Source: an uncultured Gemmatimonadales bacterium (lineage in GTDB: Bacteria; Gemmatimonadota; Gemmatimonadetes; Longimicrobiales; RSA9). From it: DNA of 64,000 nucleotides. Location of the stretch: assembly GCA_963798085.1 (NCBI GenBank), contig CAWCRS010000002.1, forward strand, positions 64,001 through 128,000. The letters run 5' to 3'. Made by a program: the position numbers and the translations under genes. Positions 30,813 to 38,977 of the stretch are shown here, piece after piece. The notes under the pieces are model-generated. The model saw only the letters and a list, made by a program, of their open reading frames with translations, was not told the origin of the DNA and ran no database searches. Numbering within the stretch: the first letter of the stretch is position 1; each line of letters opens with the position of its first letter.

Positions 30813-32240
30813 ATGCGCTTGCGCAACGTGATCCTGCTCGGCCTGATCGCGATCTTCGGCTGCAAGTGCGAGGATGACGGGCCACCGACGACCTGTCCCG
30901 AGAACCCGCTGGTGTGTATTGCCCAGGCGCCCCCGATCTACGTCAATGTAGCGAGCGCATCCCATCAGCAGGCCTACATCGGCTCGGCGGTAACGGAGCC
31001 TCCCCGTATCCGTGTCACGAATGCCACTGGGGGCGAGGCCGGGTGCACTGTGATCTTCTCGGTCTATTCAGGCGGTGGGCTTCTGTTCGACGGGGGAGTT
31101 GCCCTCGAGGGATCGACTGCGAGCGTTCTCACGACGGATGCGAACGGATACGCAAACGTCCTGGCCTGGAAGGTGGGTCTGAATCCGGGCGCCAACGAAG
31201 TGAGGGTTTCCTCTCCCGTGTGTCTCAGCTCGATCGCGTCGATCATCACGATCCGCTCCAGCACGTTCACCGCCAATGCATTGCCGCTGGATGCGCAGGC
31301 CCTGGTCAAGGTGGAAGGCGATGGCCAGAGCGCAGCCGCGGGGGACACCACCGCAGTGCGGCCGCGCGTTCGTCTGACCGGCCAGCAGGGTCTGCCCGTG
31401 GCCAACCAGGCGATCCTGTTCCGGGTGGTGAGCGGCAACAGCACGATCGGCGGCCAGACGTCGGGCATCGTGATGACCGATGCCAATGGGTATGCCCGCT
31501 GTCCGCTGTGGCGCATGGGCCCGCAGCTGGCGGGCGCGGAAGTAGTCGAAGCCACGTTCGCGGGTCTGCCGGCCGTGCAATTCACTGTTAGCCCGCACGC
31601 CGGCGCACCCATGAGCATCGCAGCGGCGAGCGTGCCCGCGGGCGACGCCGGCGCGCCGGCCCAGCCGCTTCCGGAGGTGCTCGTGACGGATGCCTTTGCC
31701 AATCCCGTTGCCGACGCGGCCGTGCTGTTCGAGGTACTCGCGGGCGGCGGCACCGTCGCGGGCGGCACGCAGACATCGACTACCACGGACGCCGCCGGAA
31801 AGGCGAAGCCACTGAACTGGATCCTGGGCATGACACCGGGCCTCAACCAGCTGCGCGCCAGCGTGCTGCGCAACGGCCAGCCGGACACGGGCGTAAACGG
31901 CAATCCGGTCACCTTTGACGTAACGACGGTGTCTGGCGGCACCATTGTCGTGCAGGTGACCGTCTACGGCTTCCCGCGCGCCGGCGTCGCTGTGGTTGTG
32001 AGCGGAGCAGCTTTACGCACCGGCACGACCATCGCGGATGGCACGGCCACCTTCGCGGGTCTGCCGGCCGGCCAGTATACGGTGACCATCACACCACCGT
32101 CGGGCATATTCTTCAACCCGACGTCGCAGAACGTTTCGCTCAGCGTGGGGCAGACGCGCACGGTTGCCTTCGACGGCTTCGGCGCCAGCGCCGGCCGCGG
32201 GAAAGGGAACTCGCTGCAGGTACGGTCGCTCCTGCGCTGA
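30813..32240 (+). CDS. Ig-like repeat lipoprotein (Big/carboxypeptidase-regulatory-like domains)
   Basis: Lipobox-like IAIFGC, GDGQSA, TDANGYA repeats, Thr/Val/Gly-rich beta strands. Confidence 0.75.
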   Translation: MRLRNVILLGLIAIFGCKCEDDGPPTTCPENPLVCIAQAPPIYVNVASASHQQAYIGSAVTEPPRIRVTNATGGEAGCTVIFSVYSGGGLLFDGGVALEGSTASVLTTDANGYANVLAWKVGLNPGANEVRVSSPVCLSSIASIITIRSSTFTANALPLDAQALVKVEGDGQSAAAGDTTAVRPRVRLTGQQGLPVANQAILFRVVSGNSTIGGQTSGIVMTDANGYARCPLWRMGPQLAGAEVVEATFAGLPAVQFTVSPHAGAPMSIAAASVPAGDAGAPAQPLPEVLVTDAFANPVADAAVLFEVLAGGGTVAGGTQTSTTTDAAGKAKPLNWILGMTPGLNQLRASVLRNGQPDTGVNGNPVTFDVTTVSGGTIVVQVTVYGFPRAGVAVVVSGAALRTGTTIADGTATFAGLPAGQYTVTITPPSGIFFNPTSQNVSLSVGQTRTVAFDGFGASAGRGKGNSLQVRSLLR

Positions 32241-32446
32241 GCGTTTGCGAAGAGGCCAGGCGCGTGCGCCATGTAGGGCGAATCCTCGCCCGCGCACGAG
32301 CAGCTCCTGACACATGCTCGGGCCGCGCGTTCCAGATTGCAGTTGATCCCGCGCTCGAGCAATGGAGCCGTGCCGACGGGGGCACTGTTGCCGGGACAGC
32401 AGGACAAGCACGGGATCGTTCCCAGTCACTCGACCGGAAGAACGAT

Positions 32447-33373
32447 ATGCGCGTGCTCGTGACATGGAGTTCGAAACGCGGCGGCACGGAAGGCATCGGC
32501 CGCATCATCGGCGAGACGCTCAATGCGCACGGCTTCGAAGTCGTCGCCACTCCCGCACACAAGGTTGGCAGGCTGGACGGCTTTGACGCCGTCATTGCGG
32601 GTGGCGCGCTGTACGCGGGCCGCTGGCCCGCGAACGTGCGCAGGCTGCTGCAGCACAACGTACGGCGCCTGCGTGAGCTTCCCGTCTGGCTCTTCTCCAG
32701 CGGGCCGCTGGATGACTCTGCGGATCGCGAGGCGCTGGCCGCCACGCAGCAGGTTGCGGTGCTGGCAGAGCTCATCGGCGCGCGCGGTCATGCGACGTTC
32801 GGCGGGCGCCTCACGCCTGACGCACGCGGCTTTCCGGCGAGCGTGATGGCGAAGAAGCACAGCGGCGACTGGCGCAATCCCGCGCTCATCCGCGCCTGGG
32901 CCGACGAGCTGGCTGCCGAGCTGCCCACCGCCCGACCCGGTGCGCACGTCGACCATCCTGCGCGTTCGCTGACACGGCTGATCGCACACGGCGCGCTGGG
33001 CTGGCTGCTGTCGACGGTCGTGCTCGAGGCGCTGCTGTGGGTGGCCGGCCGGGGCACTGCGATCGCCGTGCATGCGCTGGCAGCACCGCTCATCTTCACG
33101 CTGGTCGCAGTGCGCTATTTCCGGGAGCGCGGAGCGCGCGACGCCTTGCCCACCGCGCTGGCGTGGGCGGCCCTGGTTGTGGTGCTCGATCTCGCGATCC
33201 CGGGTGGAGTGGTGCACCACAATCTCGTGCTGTTCACGAGCCTGGGGGCGACGTGGCTGCCGCTGGCGCTCCTGTTCCTTGCCGTCTGGATGACGGGCGA
33301 GGTCAAGTCGATCGAGGTGCCCGGGAACTCGCCTGCGACGGCAACGGCGAAGGAAGTGGTACACACGAGTTAG
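32447..33373 (+). CDS. Flavodoxin-domain (HemG-like) protein with C-terminal 4-TM domain
   Basis: VTWSSKRGGTEGIG, DAVIAGGALY, WLFSSGPL, GDWRN..IRAWA, then hydrophobic helices. Confidence 0.8.
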   Translation: MRVLVTWSSKRGGTEGIGRIIGETLNAHGFEVVATPAHKVGRLDGFDAVIAGGALYAGRWPANVRRLLQHNVRRLRELPVWLFSSGPLDDSADREALAATQQVAVLAELIGARGHATFGGRLTPDARGFPASVMAKKHSGDWRNPALIRAWADELAAELPTARPGAHVDHPARSLTRLIAHGALGWLLSTVVLEALLWVAGRGTAIAVHALAAPLIFTLVAVRYFRERGARDALPTALAWAALVVVLDLAIPGGVVHHNLVLFTSLGATWLPLALLFLAVWMTGEVKSIEVPGNSPATATAKEVVHTS

Positions 33374-33379
33374 GCAGCC

Positions 33380-34301
33380 TCACGCGCCCGGGTTCATTTC
33401 GCCGTATCCGACAATGACGCAGCCGCCGGCAATGCGGATCTCCGAAATGGCGCCGCCCTTCAGGTCTGCTTCCATTTCAATGAGGCTCGGCCTGCCCATC
33501 TCGAAGCCCTGCTCGACCCGGCAGGTGAGTCCGGTCGCGGGCACTGCGGACTGCCGCCACAGATAGCCCGCGAGCGCGGCGACCGCCGCGCCCGCTGCCG
33601 GATCCTCGACAATGCCCATGGCCGGCGCAAACATGCGCGCCCGGATCATGGAACCCTCGAGTTCGACATCGCGTGTGATCACGTACACATGAGGGGACCA
33701 GGATGCCAGACAGCACTTCCCGCCAGACGGCCAGGTTGAGACTCACCTTTCCCAGAACGCCGCGGTCACGAACGGGGATGAACAGGAACGGCACGCCGCA
33801 GGAAGCCCGCAATGCGCTCCACTCACCATCGCCGATGGCCTCGACCGGAAGTGACAGCAATTGTGCCAGTACATTGAGGTCCGGCGGCTCCGCTCCGAAC
33901 TGCGGCAGGCTGGGAACGCGCAGTTGCGCTGACAACCGACCCGCTGCTTCCCGAATCACCACCGGCACCGGTCCCATGCCTTCCTCAAACACAATGTTTG
34001 CCTGACCGCCGGCCAGCGGCACGACGCCCACGTCCGCAAGCACACAGGCAGTGCCGACCGTCGGGTGTCCAGCGAATGGCAGTTCCGCCTGCGGCGTGAA
34101 AATGCGCAATTTCGCAGTGTGCTCCGGCGAGGCGGGCGCAAGAACGAAGACGGTCTCCGAGAAATTCAGCTCCCTGGCAATCTTCTGCATGACCGCAGGC
34201 GGCACCGTGTCCGCCCACGGAAAGACGGCAAGCTGATTGCCGCCGTATTGCGTGCTGGTGAACACGTCAGCCAGCACGAATCAATGCCGCCCGTCGCTCA
34301 T
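33380..34301 (-). CDS. PhzF family phenazine biosynthesis-like protein (stop codon near start, frameshift near 33700)
   Basis: [53 protein letters not shown]. Confidence 0.85.
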
Positions 34302-34476
34302 GCGCGCCTCCGTATCGGTCAATGTGCCCGCGATACCAAGCCGCGCAATTCGTGGAAGTGCCCGTTCTGCGTTGCCGAGTGGTGACTGACACCGTGCTCG
34401 CGGAGCCGGCGCACGTCGGCTGCGTTCCTGGCCGGATCGGCTGCGCTCGCGGTGAACCGTTATCGGTTGCAGCCCA

Positions 34477-35799
34477 CTACATGTTCGCCGGATTGCTCGG
34501 GCAGGCGTTCTTGTGGCCCATCAGCTGGGCAGGCGCGAACATCTGCTTGCAATACGGGCACGCCTTCGTGCCACCCGTGGCTGCGGACCTGACCACCTTG
34601 TCCTTGTTCTCGTAGCGCGTGAGGGCAGAGCGCCAGTTGTGTCTGGCTTCCGTGCACAGACCGCGCAGCCGGGTCTTCAGCTGATCGGGAAAGGTCGGAC
34701 CGTACGAGACCTTCTGGTCGTCCTCACTCGGCAGAATGCGCGTCGAGATCACGTCGAAATCGTAGAAGGCGAGCGAGCCGCCGCCCGTGGGCGGCTGGTC
34801 CCAGAAGTGCTTGCGGCGGAGTTTCAGCTCCCCCAGGATCGCGTTCACGTTGATCCTGTCGACAGCGGCCTCCGGAAACGGGTTCTTGCCGCCGGTCTCG
34901 CGCTGCCATTTTTCGGTGTTGAAGGCGTGGACGTTGTCGACGCGGACCACGTACACGCAGATCTCCGTCTCCACATGGTCGACCACGCCGTTCTTGCGCA
35001 CAGCCCTGACTTTGAGCCAGTGCGCGGCCGCAGCCTGGTCATCCTGCGGCTTCCAGTCCTTCAGCGGCTTCGCACCCAGAGGGAACAACGAAGCGTCGGA
35101 GAGCAGCGGGTAGGGCAGGATCTCGGCCAGTTCCTTGGCGACGCTGACCACCGTGTGCAGGCAGTTGTCCCGGTTGATGCCTTTGCGCAGGAAGAGAGAA
35201 TTGGCGTAGACCTCGAGTCCCAGCGGATTCCAGGGTTGATCAAGGCCGAATTTCGCGTAGACGGGATCCTTGCTCGAGCGCGCCCGCGCGTGGAAGCCGC
35301 CCTGCTTGACGAGCGTCTCGTAGTTGCGGCTATCGGCGCGGAAGCCGAGCTTGACCAGCTGTTTGGCGCCTTCCGTGCCGTATTCCATCGTTTTCAGAAG
35401 AATGGCGGCGCCATCGGCTGCACGGTCCACGCGTACGCCGGCGCCGCCCGTGCTGATGGGTCCGCTCAGCGGCACTCGCTTGAAACCCAGTACGAGCAGG
35501 GTGGTCAGCACCGTGCGTTTCTTCTCCGCCGGCATGCTGTCCAACCCCGCCACGGGGCGGAACCGTGAACCGTCGGCCTGCAGCACGGCGAAGAAGGCGT
35601 CGCACAGCCTCCCCTTGTCGCCGTCCGTCAGCTCGGGCGCCTGCCGGGCTTCCTCCCAGAGGTAGTTGAACCAGAAGCCGAAACTCCGCTTGACGGGATC
35701 GCCGAACGGCGAGACGACGTTCGCGATCGACGGCCACCGGCCGGCCCGCTGGTTGGGCGCGGTCCTGTTGACGGAGGGAGGCGTGTACATGCGGCGCAT
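34477..35799 (-). CDS. Putative ADP-ribosyltransferase (cholera/pertussis toxin-like R-S-E fold) with C-terminal C2HC zinc finger
   Basis: FRADSR..GGF, VVSVA, CVYVVRV..HAFN..NPFPEAAV..I...ILG; C-terminal CPYC-x11-H-x3-C. Confidence 0.6.
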   Translation of the reverse strand: MRRMYTPPSVNRTAPNQRAGRWPSIANVVSPFGDPVKRSFGFWFNYLWEEARQAPELTDGDKGRLCDAFFAVLQADGSRFRPVAGLDSMPAEKKRTVLTTLLVLGFKRVPLSGPISTGGAGVRVDRAADGAAILLKTMEYGTEGAKQLVKLGFRADSRNYETLVKQGGFHARARSSKDPVYAKFGLDQPWNPLGLEVYANSLFLRKGINRDNCLHTVVSVAKELAEILPYPLLSDASLFPLGAKPLKDWKPQDDQAAAAHWLKVRAVRKNGVVDHVETEICVYVVRVDNVHAFNTEKWQRETGGKNPFPEAAVDRINVNAILGELKLRRKHFWDQPPTGGGSLAFYDFDVISTRILPSEDDQKVSYGPTFPDQLKTRLRGLCTEARHNWRSALTRYENKDKVVRSAATGGTKACPYCKQMFAPAQLMGHKNACPSNPANM

Positions 35800-35994
35800 C
35801 CGGAAGTGGGTGAAGCAGGCATCATTCGGGCGGGGATGCTAGCGCAGGCCGCGGTGCGCGGCAATGCCGCTGAGCGCTGCGGGCGGCGCCGTCTACAGCC
35901 GTGTTCGCGGACTGCAGCGACGGCCGGCGTCGCGGGCGCAGGCGAGCATGGGCGTGGACGGACACCGAGACAGTCGTTGCGGCGACGAGGGAAA

Positions 35995-36068
35995 TGCGCC
36001 CGGCGCGATTCGAACGCGCGACCTTCGGCTCCGGAGGCCGACGCTCTATCCAACTGAGCTACGGGCGC
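35995..36068 (-). tRNA. tRNA-Arg (anticodon CCG); CCA not encoded
   Basis: GCGCCCGTAGCTCAGTTGGATAGAGCGTCGGCCT-CCG-GAGCCGAAGGTCGCGCGTTCGAATCGCGCCGGGCGCA forms a cloverleaf. Confidence 0.97.
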
Positions 36069-36079
36069 TGCAAAAAAAA

Positions 36080-36470
36080 CGGGAAGCGAATAAGCCGGGT
36101 TCTGTCTCCCTCGCGGGAGGCGGATCATTTCTCTGGGACCGCGGTTGCCCGACGGCCTCGTGCAGCCTACCCGGGACTGCTCGATCATTGCTGACCGACC
36201 GGCGCGGGCCGCGCCTCGTCCCCTATTTGGCCTTGCTCCGGGTGGGGCTTGCCGTGCCACTCCCGTTACCGGGAGCGCGGTGGTCTCTTACACCACCATT
36301 TCACCCTTGCCTGTGCCCTCGCGGGCCATCGGCGGTGTGCTTTCTGTTGCGCTGTCCGTCGCCTCGCGACGCCCGGCTGTTAGCCGGCACCCTGCCCTGT
36401 GGAGCCCGGACTTTCCTCCGCTCCCGATCCCTCCGTGGACCGTGGCGCGGCGATCCGCACTCGCTTCCCG
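36080..36470 (-). ncRNA. rnpB: RNase P RNA (bacterial type A)
   Basis: GAGGAAAGTCCGGGCTCC, GGGTGAAATGGTGGTGTAAGAGAC, GAGCAAGGCCAAATAG, ACAGAACCCGGCTTA; terminal P1 pairing CGGGAAGCGA/TCGCTTCCCG. Confidence 0.97.
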
Positions 36471-36643
36471 AACATCGTCTGCACCTGCCCGCGCGCGCTC
36501 TCCGGAATTGCAGACGGGTCAGGCTGTGACACATCGCCCCGCGGCGCTCCGTCCGGATGCTCCGGGCGGGACCGGCGGGGCAATGTTGTTGCGAAACGAA
36601 TGCTACCGGCCGGGTGACGATCCGTCAACCCGAAGCAGTGTCG

Positions 36644-37156
36644 TCAGAAGCGAAATCGCACCGTGATCAGCTCGGCGTACAGCACGGGGTCGTTCCAGCC
36701 CCCGTTGCGGGCCATGGCCCAGAGCAGCCGCGGTCCGATCTTGAAGCGCGGTGTGCCCCAGAAGGCGGCGCCGTAGAGTCCGACAAACCCGCCCGGCCAG
36801 CAGTCGCTGTTGCCGCAGGCGCGCACGCCGCCGACGCCGGCGCGTATCCCCAGATCGACATCCAGCCGATCGTTCGGCTTCTGGCGCAGGAACGCACTCA
36901 CGTGCGCCAGCTGCTGGAACGAGTGGTAGCTCTCCTGCCGCGTATTAGGCGCGAGGGTGCGGTCCAGCACATCCACGCCACCACCCGCAGCCAGACCCAG
37001 GAACACGCCCGGGAACAGGCGATGGGCAAGGCTCACCGCAGCGCCGAACGGGCGCACTTCCATGCCGAACTCGTTGGCGGTCTGCGCGGCGACGGGAGAC
37101 GTGGCTGCGGCAAGCACCACGAGAAGCTGCAGGAACAGCGTCGTCAGACTGCGCAT
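36644..37156 (-). CDS. Exported hypothetical protein, possible small outer-membrane beta-barrel
   Basis: Signal peptide (..PVAA-Q), alternating beta strands, C-terminal TVRFRF. Confidence 0.55.
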   Translation of the reverse strand: MRSLTTLFLQLLVVLAAATSPVAAQTANEFGMEVRPFGAAVSLAHRLFPGVFLGLAAGGGVDVLDRTLAPNTRQESYHSFQQLAHVSAFLRQKPNDRLDVDLGIRAGVGGVRACGNSDCWPGGFVGLYGAAFWGTPRFKIGPRLLWAMARNGGWNDPVLYAELITVRFRF

Positions 37157-37575
37157 GCTGCGTACGATTGAAGCGTCGCCTTCCATATTCCTGCGACCTC
37201 TGGCGTCCCGGCCGGGGAGGACGGGACATGGCTGCACTGTTATTTCACAACGCGCCAGCGCCTCGAGACAAGACTTTTGAATGCGTCGCCGCCATGTTCA
37301 TCCTGCGACGCGCACACCGTTTGATGCGTCAAAACCGGGCGCGAGCAGTCACAACTGAAGGATCGACCCCCCGACGAGGAGACGTGATCGAAGCGCTGTG
37401 ATGATCGCTGCGCTCCACAGTGGACACGTCGAACCCCGCCGTCCGTTGCAGGGTCTCCGGCAAGCCTCGCGTCGCCTCTGACGCGGTGTTGTGCATCCCC
37501 TGCCCTGTTGCCGGTCCTATCCAATGACGGCCGACCCGGGCCCGGCGTTTGCCAATCGGACGGGTCATGGGGCGA

Positions 37576-38055
37576 TCAGCGCGAGCGGAGCCGGCTGTCC
37601 AGGTCGGCATACGTGATCACGGCGGCAGTGGCGGCCCGCGCGCCGGCTCGCGCGAAGCGGAACGTCACGGCGAACGTGTCGCCGGGCGCCAGCACGCGCC
37701 GCAGCCCGCCCAGCATGCCGTGGTAGCCCCCCGGCCGCAGGCGGAGCGTGCCACCCGCCGCGATCGGGATGGCCCGCACCGGCTGCATGTGCGCCATCGC
37801 GCCCATGGCCATCGGCTCGTGCAGCCCGGCGCTGTCCGCAGCTGCTGTCGCGAGGCCTAACAGTGTGTCAGGAAGGGTGGTGCCGTTCACGATGGTCGCG
37901 TACAGCGCGCCCGGCCCGCCCGCGGCCGGCGCGGGCACGTACACGTCGCGGATCGCCAGCACTGCCGGCGCACGGCGGCCGCAGCCGCACAGCGCGAGGC
38001 CCGCCACCAGCGTCCCGTGCCGGATCCACGCTGACACGGCTGTAGACGACGACAC
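37576..38055 (-). CDS. Copper chaperone PCu(A)C lipoprotein
   Basis: LCGC lipobox, GALYATIVN, LHE..M..M, LRPGGYHGML, PGDTFAVTFRF; start approximate. Confidence 0.85.
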   Translation of the reverse strand: MSSSTAVSAWIRHGTLVAGLALCGCGRRAPAVLAIRDVYVPAPAAGGPGALYATIVNGTTLPDTLLGLATAAADSAGLHEPMAMGAMAHMQPVRAIPIAAGGTLRLRPGGYHGMLGGLRRVLAPGDTFAVTFRFARAGARAATAAVITYADLDSRLRSR

Positions 38056-38066
38056 GCCCGACACCA

Positions 38067-38399
38067 CTACGCGCTCCGTCGCAGCCACGGGCGCAGCACG
38101 CGATACTCCGGTATGGCAGTGATGCTGGCGCGACGAATGCCGATGAGGCGCCGGCAATGCAGCCGGCCGAGCGCATCCTGCACGGCCCGCCGCGACAGGC
38201 CCGTGCCTTCCGCCAGCTCCCGCAGACTCACCGCCACGTCCACCTCGCCCGCCACCCTGCGAAAGAGCCAGAGGTATACGAGGAACGCGGACGGCTGCCG
38301 GTCGTGTCCGACCAGATCCCCCATCAGCGTGTCCACGATGTAGGCATCCAGCTCGATGCTGTCCTGGCTCACGACGCCTCCTGAGGCATTCATTGCCAT
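38067..38399 (-). CDS. Helix-turn-helix domain protein
   Basis: SLRELAEGTGLSRRAVQDALGRL. Confidence 0.75.
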   Translation of the reverse strand: MAMNASGGVVSQDSIELDAYIVDTLMGDLVGHDRQPSAFLVYLWLFRRVAGEVDVAVSLRELAEGTGLSRRAVQDALGRLHCRRLIGIRRASITAIPEYRVLRPWLRRSA

Positions 38400-38506
38400 A
38401 GCAGACACAGCCTGCCTTGCGGGACCGCCGCACGCATGGCTTCGTTGCGCGTCGCGACGCAACGGGGAGACACTCCGGGCAAACTCATGAACACGGAATG
38501 GGCACC

Positions 38507-38872
38507 ATGATCAGAGGCATCAAGTTCGCCAGCATCCCGGTGTCGGATCAGGACCGGGCGCTGGAGTTCTACACGACGGCGCTGGGGTTCAAGGTAGTGA
38601 CGGACCAGCCTTTCGACGATGCGCAGCGCTGGATCGAACTGCGCATACCGGGCAGCGACACGGAGGTCGTGCTGTTCACGCCGGACGAGCACCGTGACCG
38701 CATTGGCACGTTCTCGCACGTTTCCTTCTGGACCGACGATGTGAAGGGCACGCATGCGGAGCTGAAAGCGAAGGGTGTGGAGTTCGAGCAGGAGCCGCAG
38801 ACCGCGGATTGGGGCACGGCGGCGATCTTCAAGGATCCGGATGGCAACGTGTTCGTGCTCGGATCGAAGTAG
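38507..38872 (+). CDS. VOC/glyoxalase family protein
   Basis: IPVSDQDRALEFYTTALGF, FKDPDGN. Confidence 0.9.
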   Translation: MIRGIKFASIPVSDQDRALEFYTTALGFKVVTDQPFDDAQRWIELRIPGSDTEVVLFTPDEHRDRIGTFSHVSFWTDDVKGTHAELKAKGVEFEQEPQTADWGTAAIFKDPDGNVFVLGSK

Positions 38873-38977
38873 CCTGGACGGGCTCCCGCAGGCCGCGACT
38901 TCCTTGGCCGCGGCCATCCCGCCGCTCTGCCCGCCGATCATTGACCGTCGGGCGCGCCCGACGTTACCTCAGCGTAC

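Noticed and set aside
34300..35995. Prophage or integrative element at tRNA-Arg
   Set aside because: No integrase and no duplicate of the tRNA 3' end seen in the window.
37240..37570. Possible cobalamin riboswitch (GCCGGAGACCCTGC on the minus strand) or micro-ORF after GAGGAG
   Set aside because: The other B12-box core elements are missing, and the RBS is followed by only five codons.
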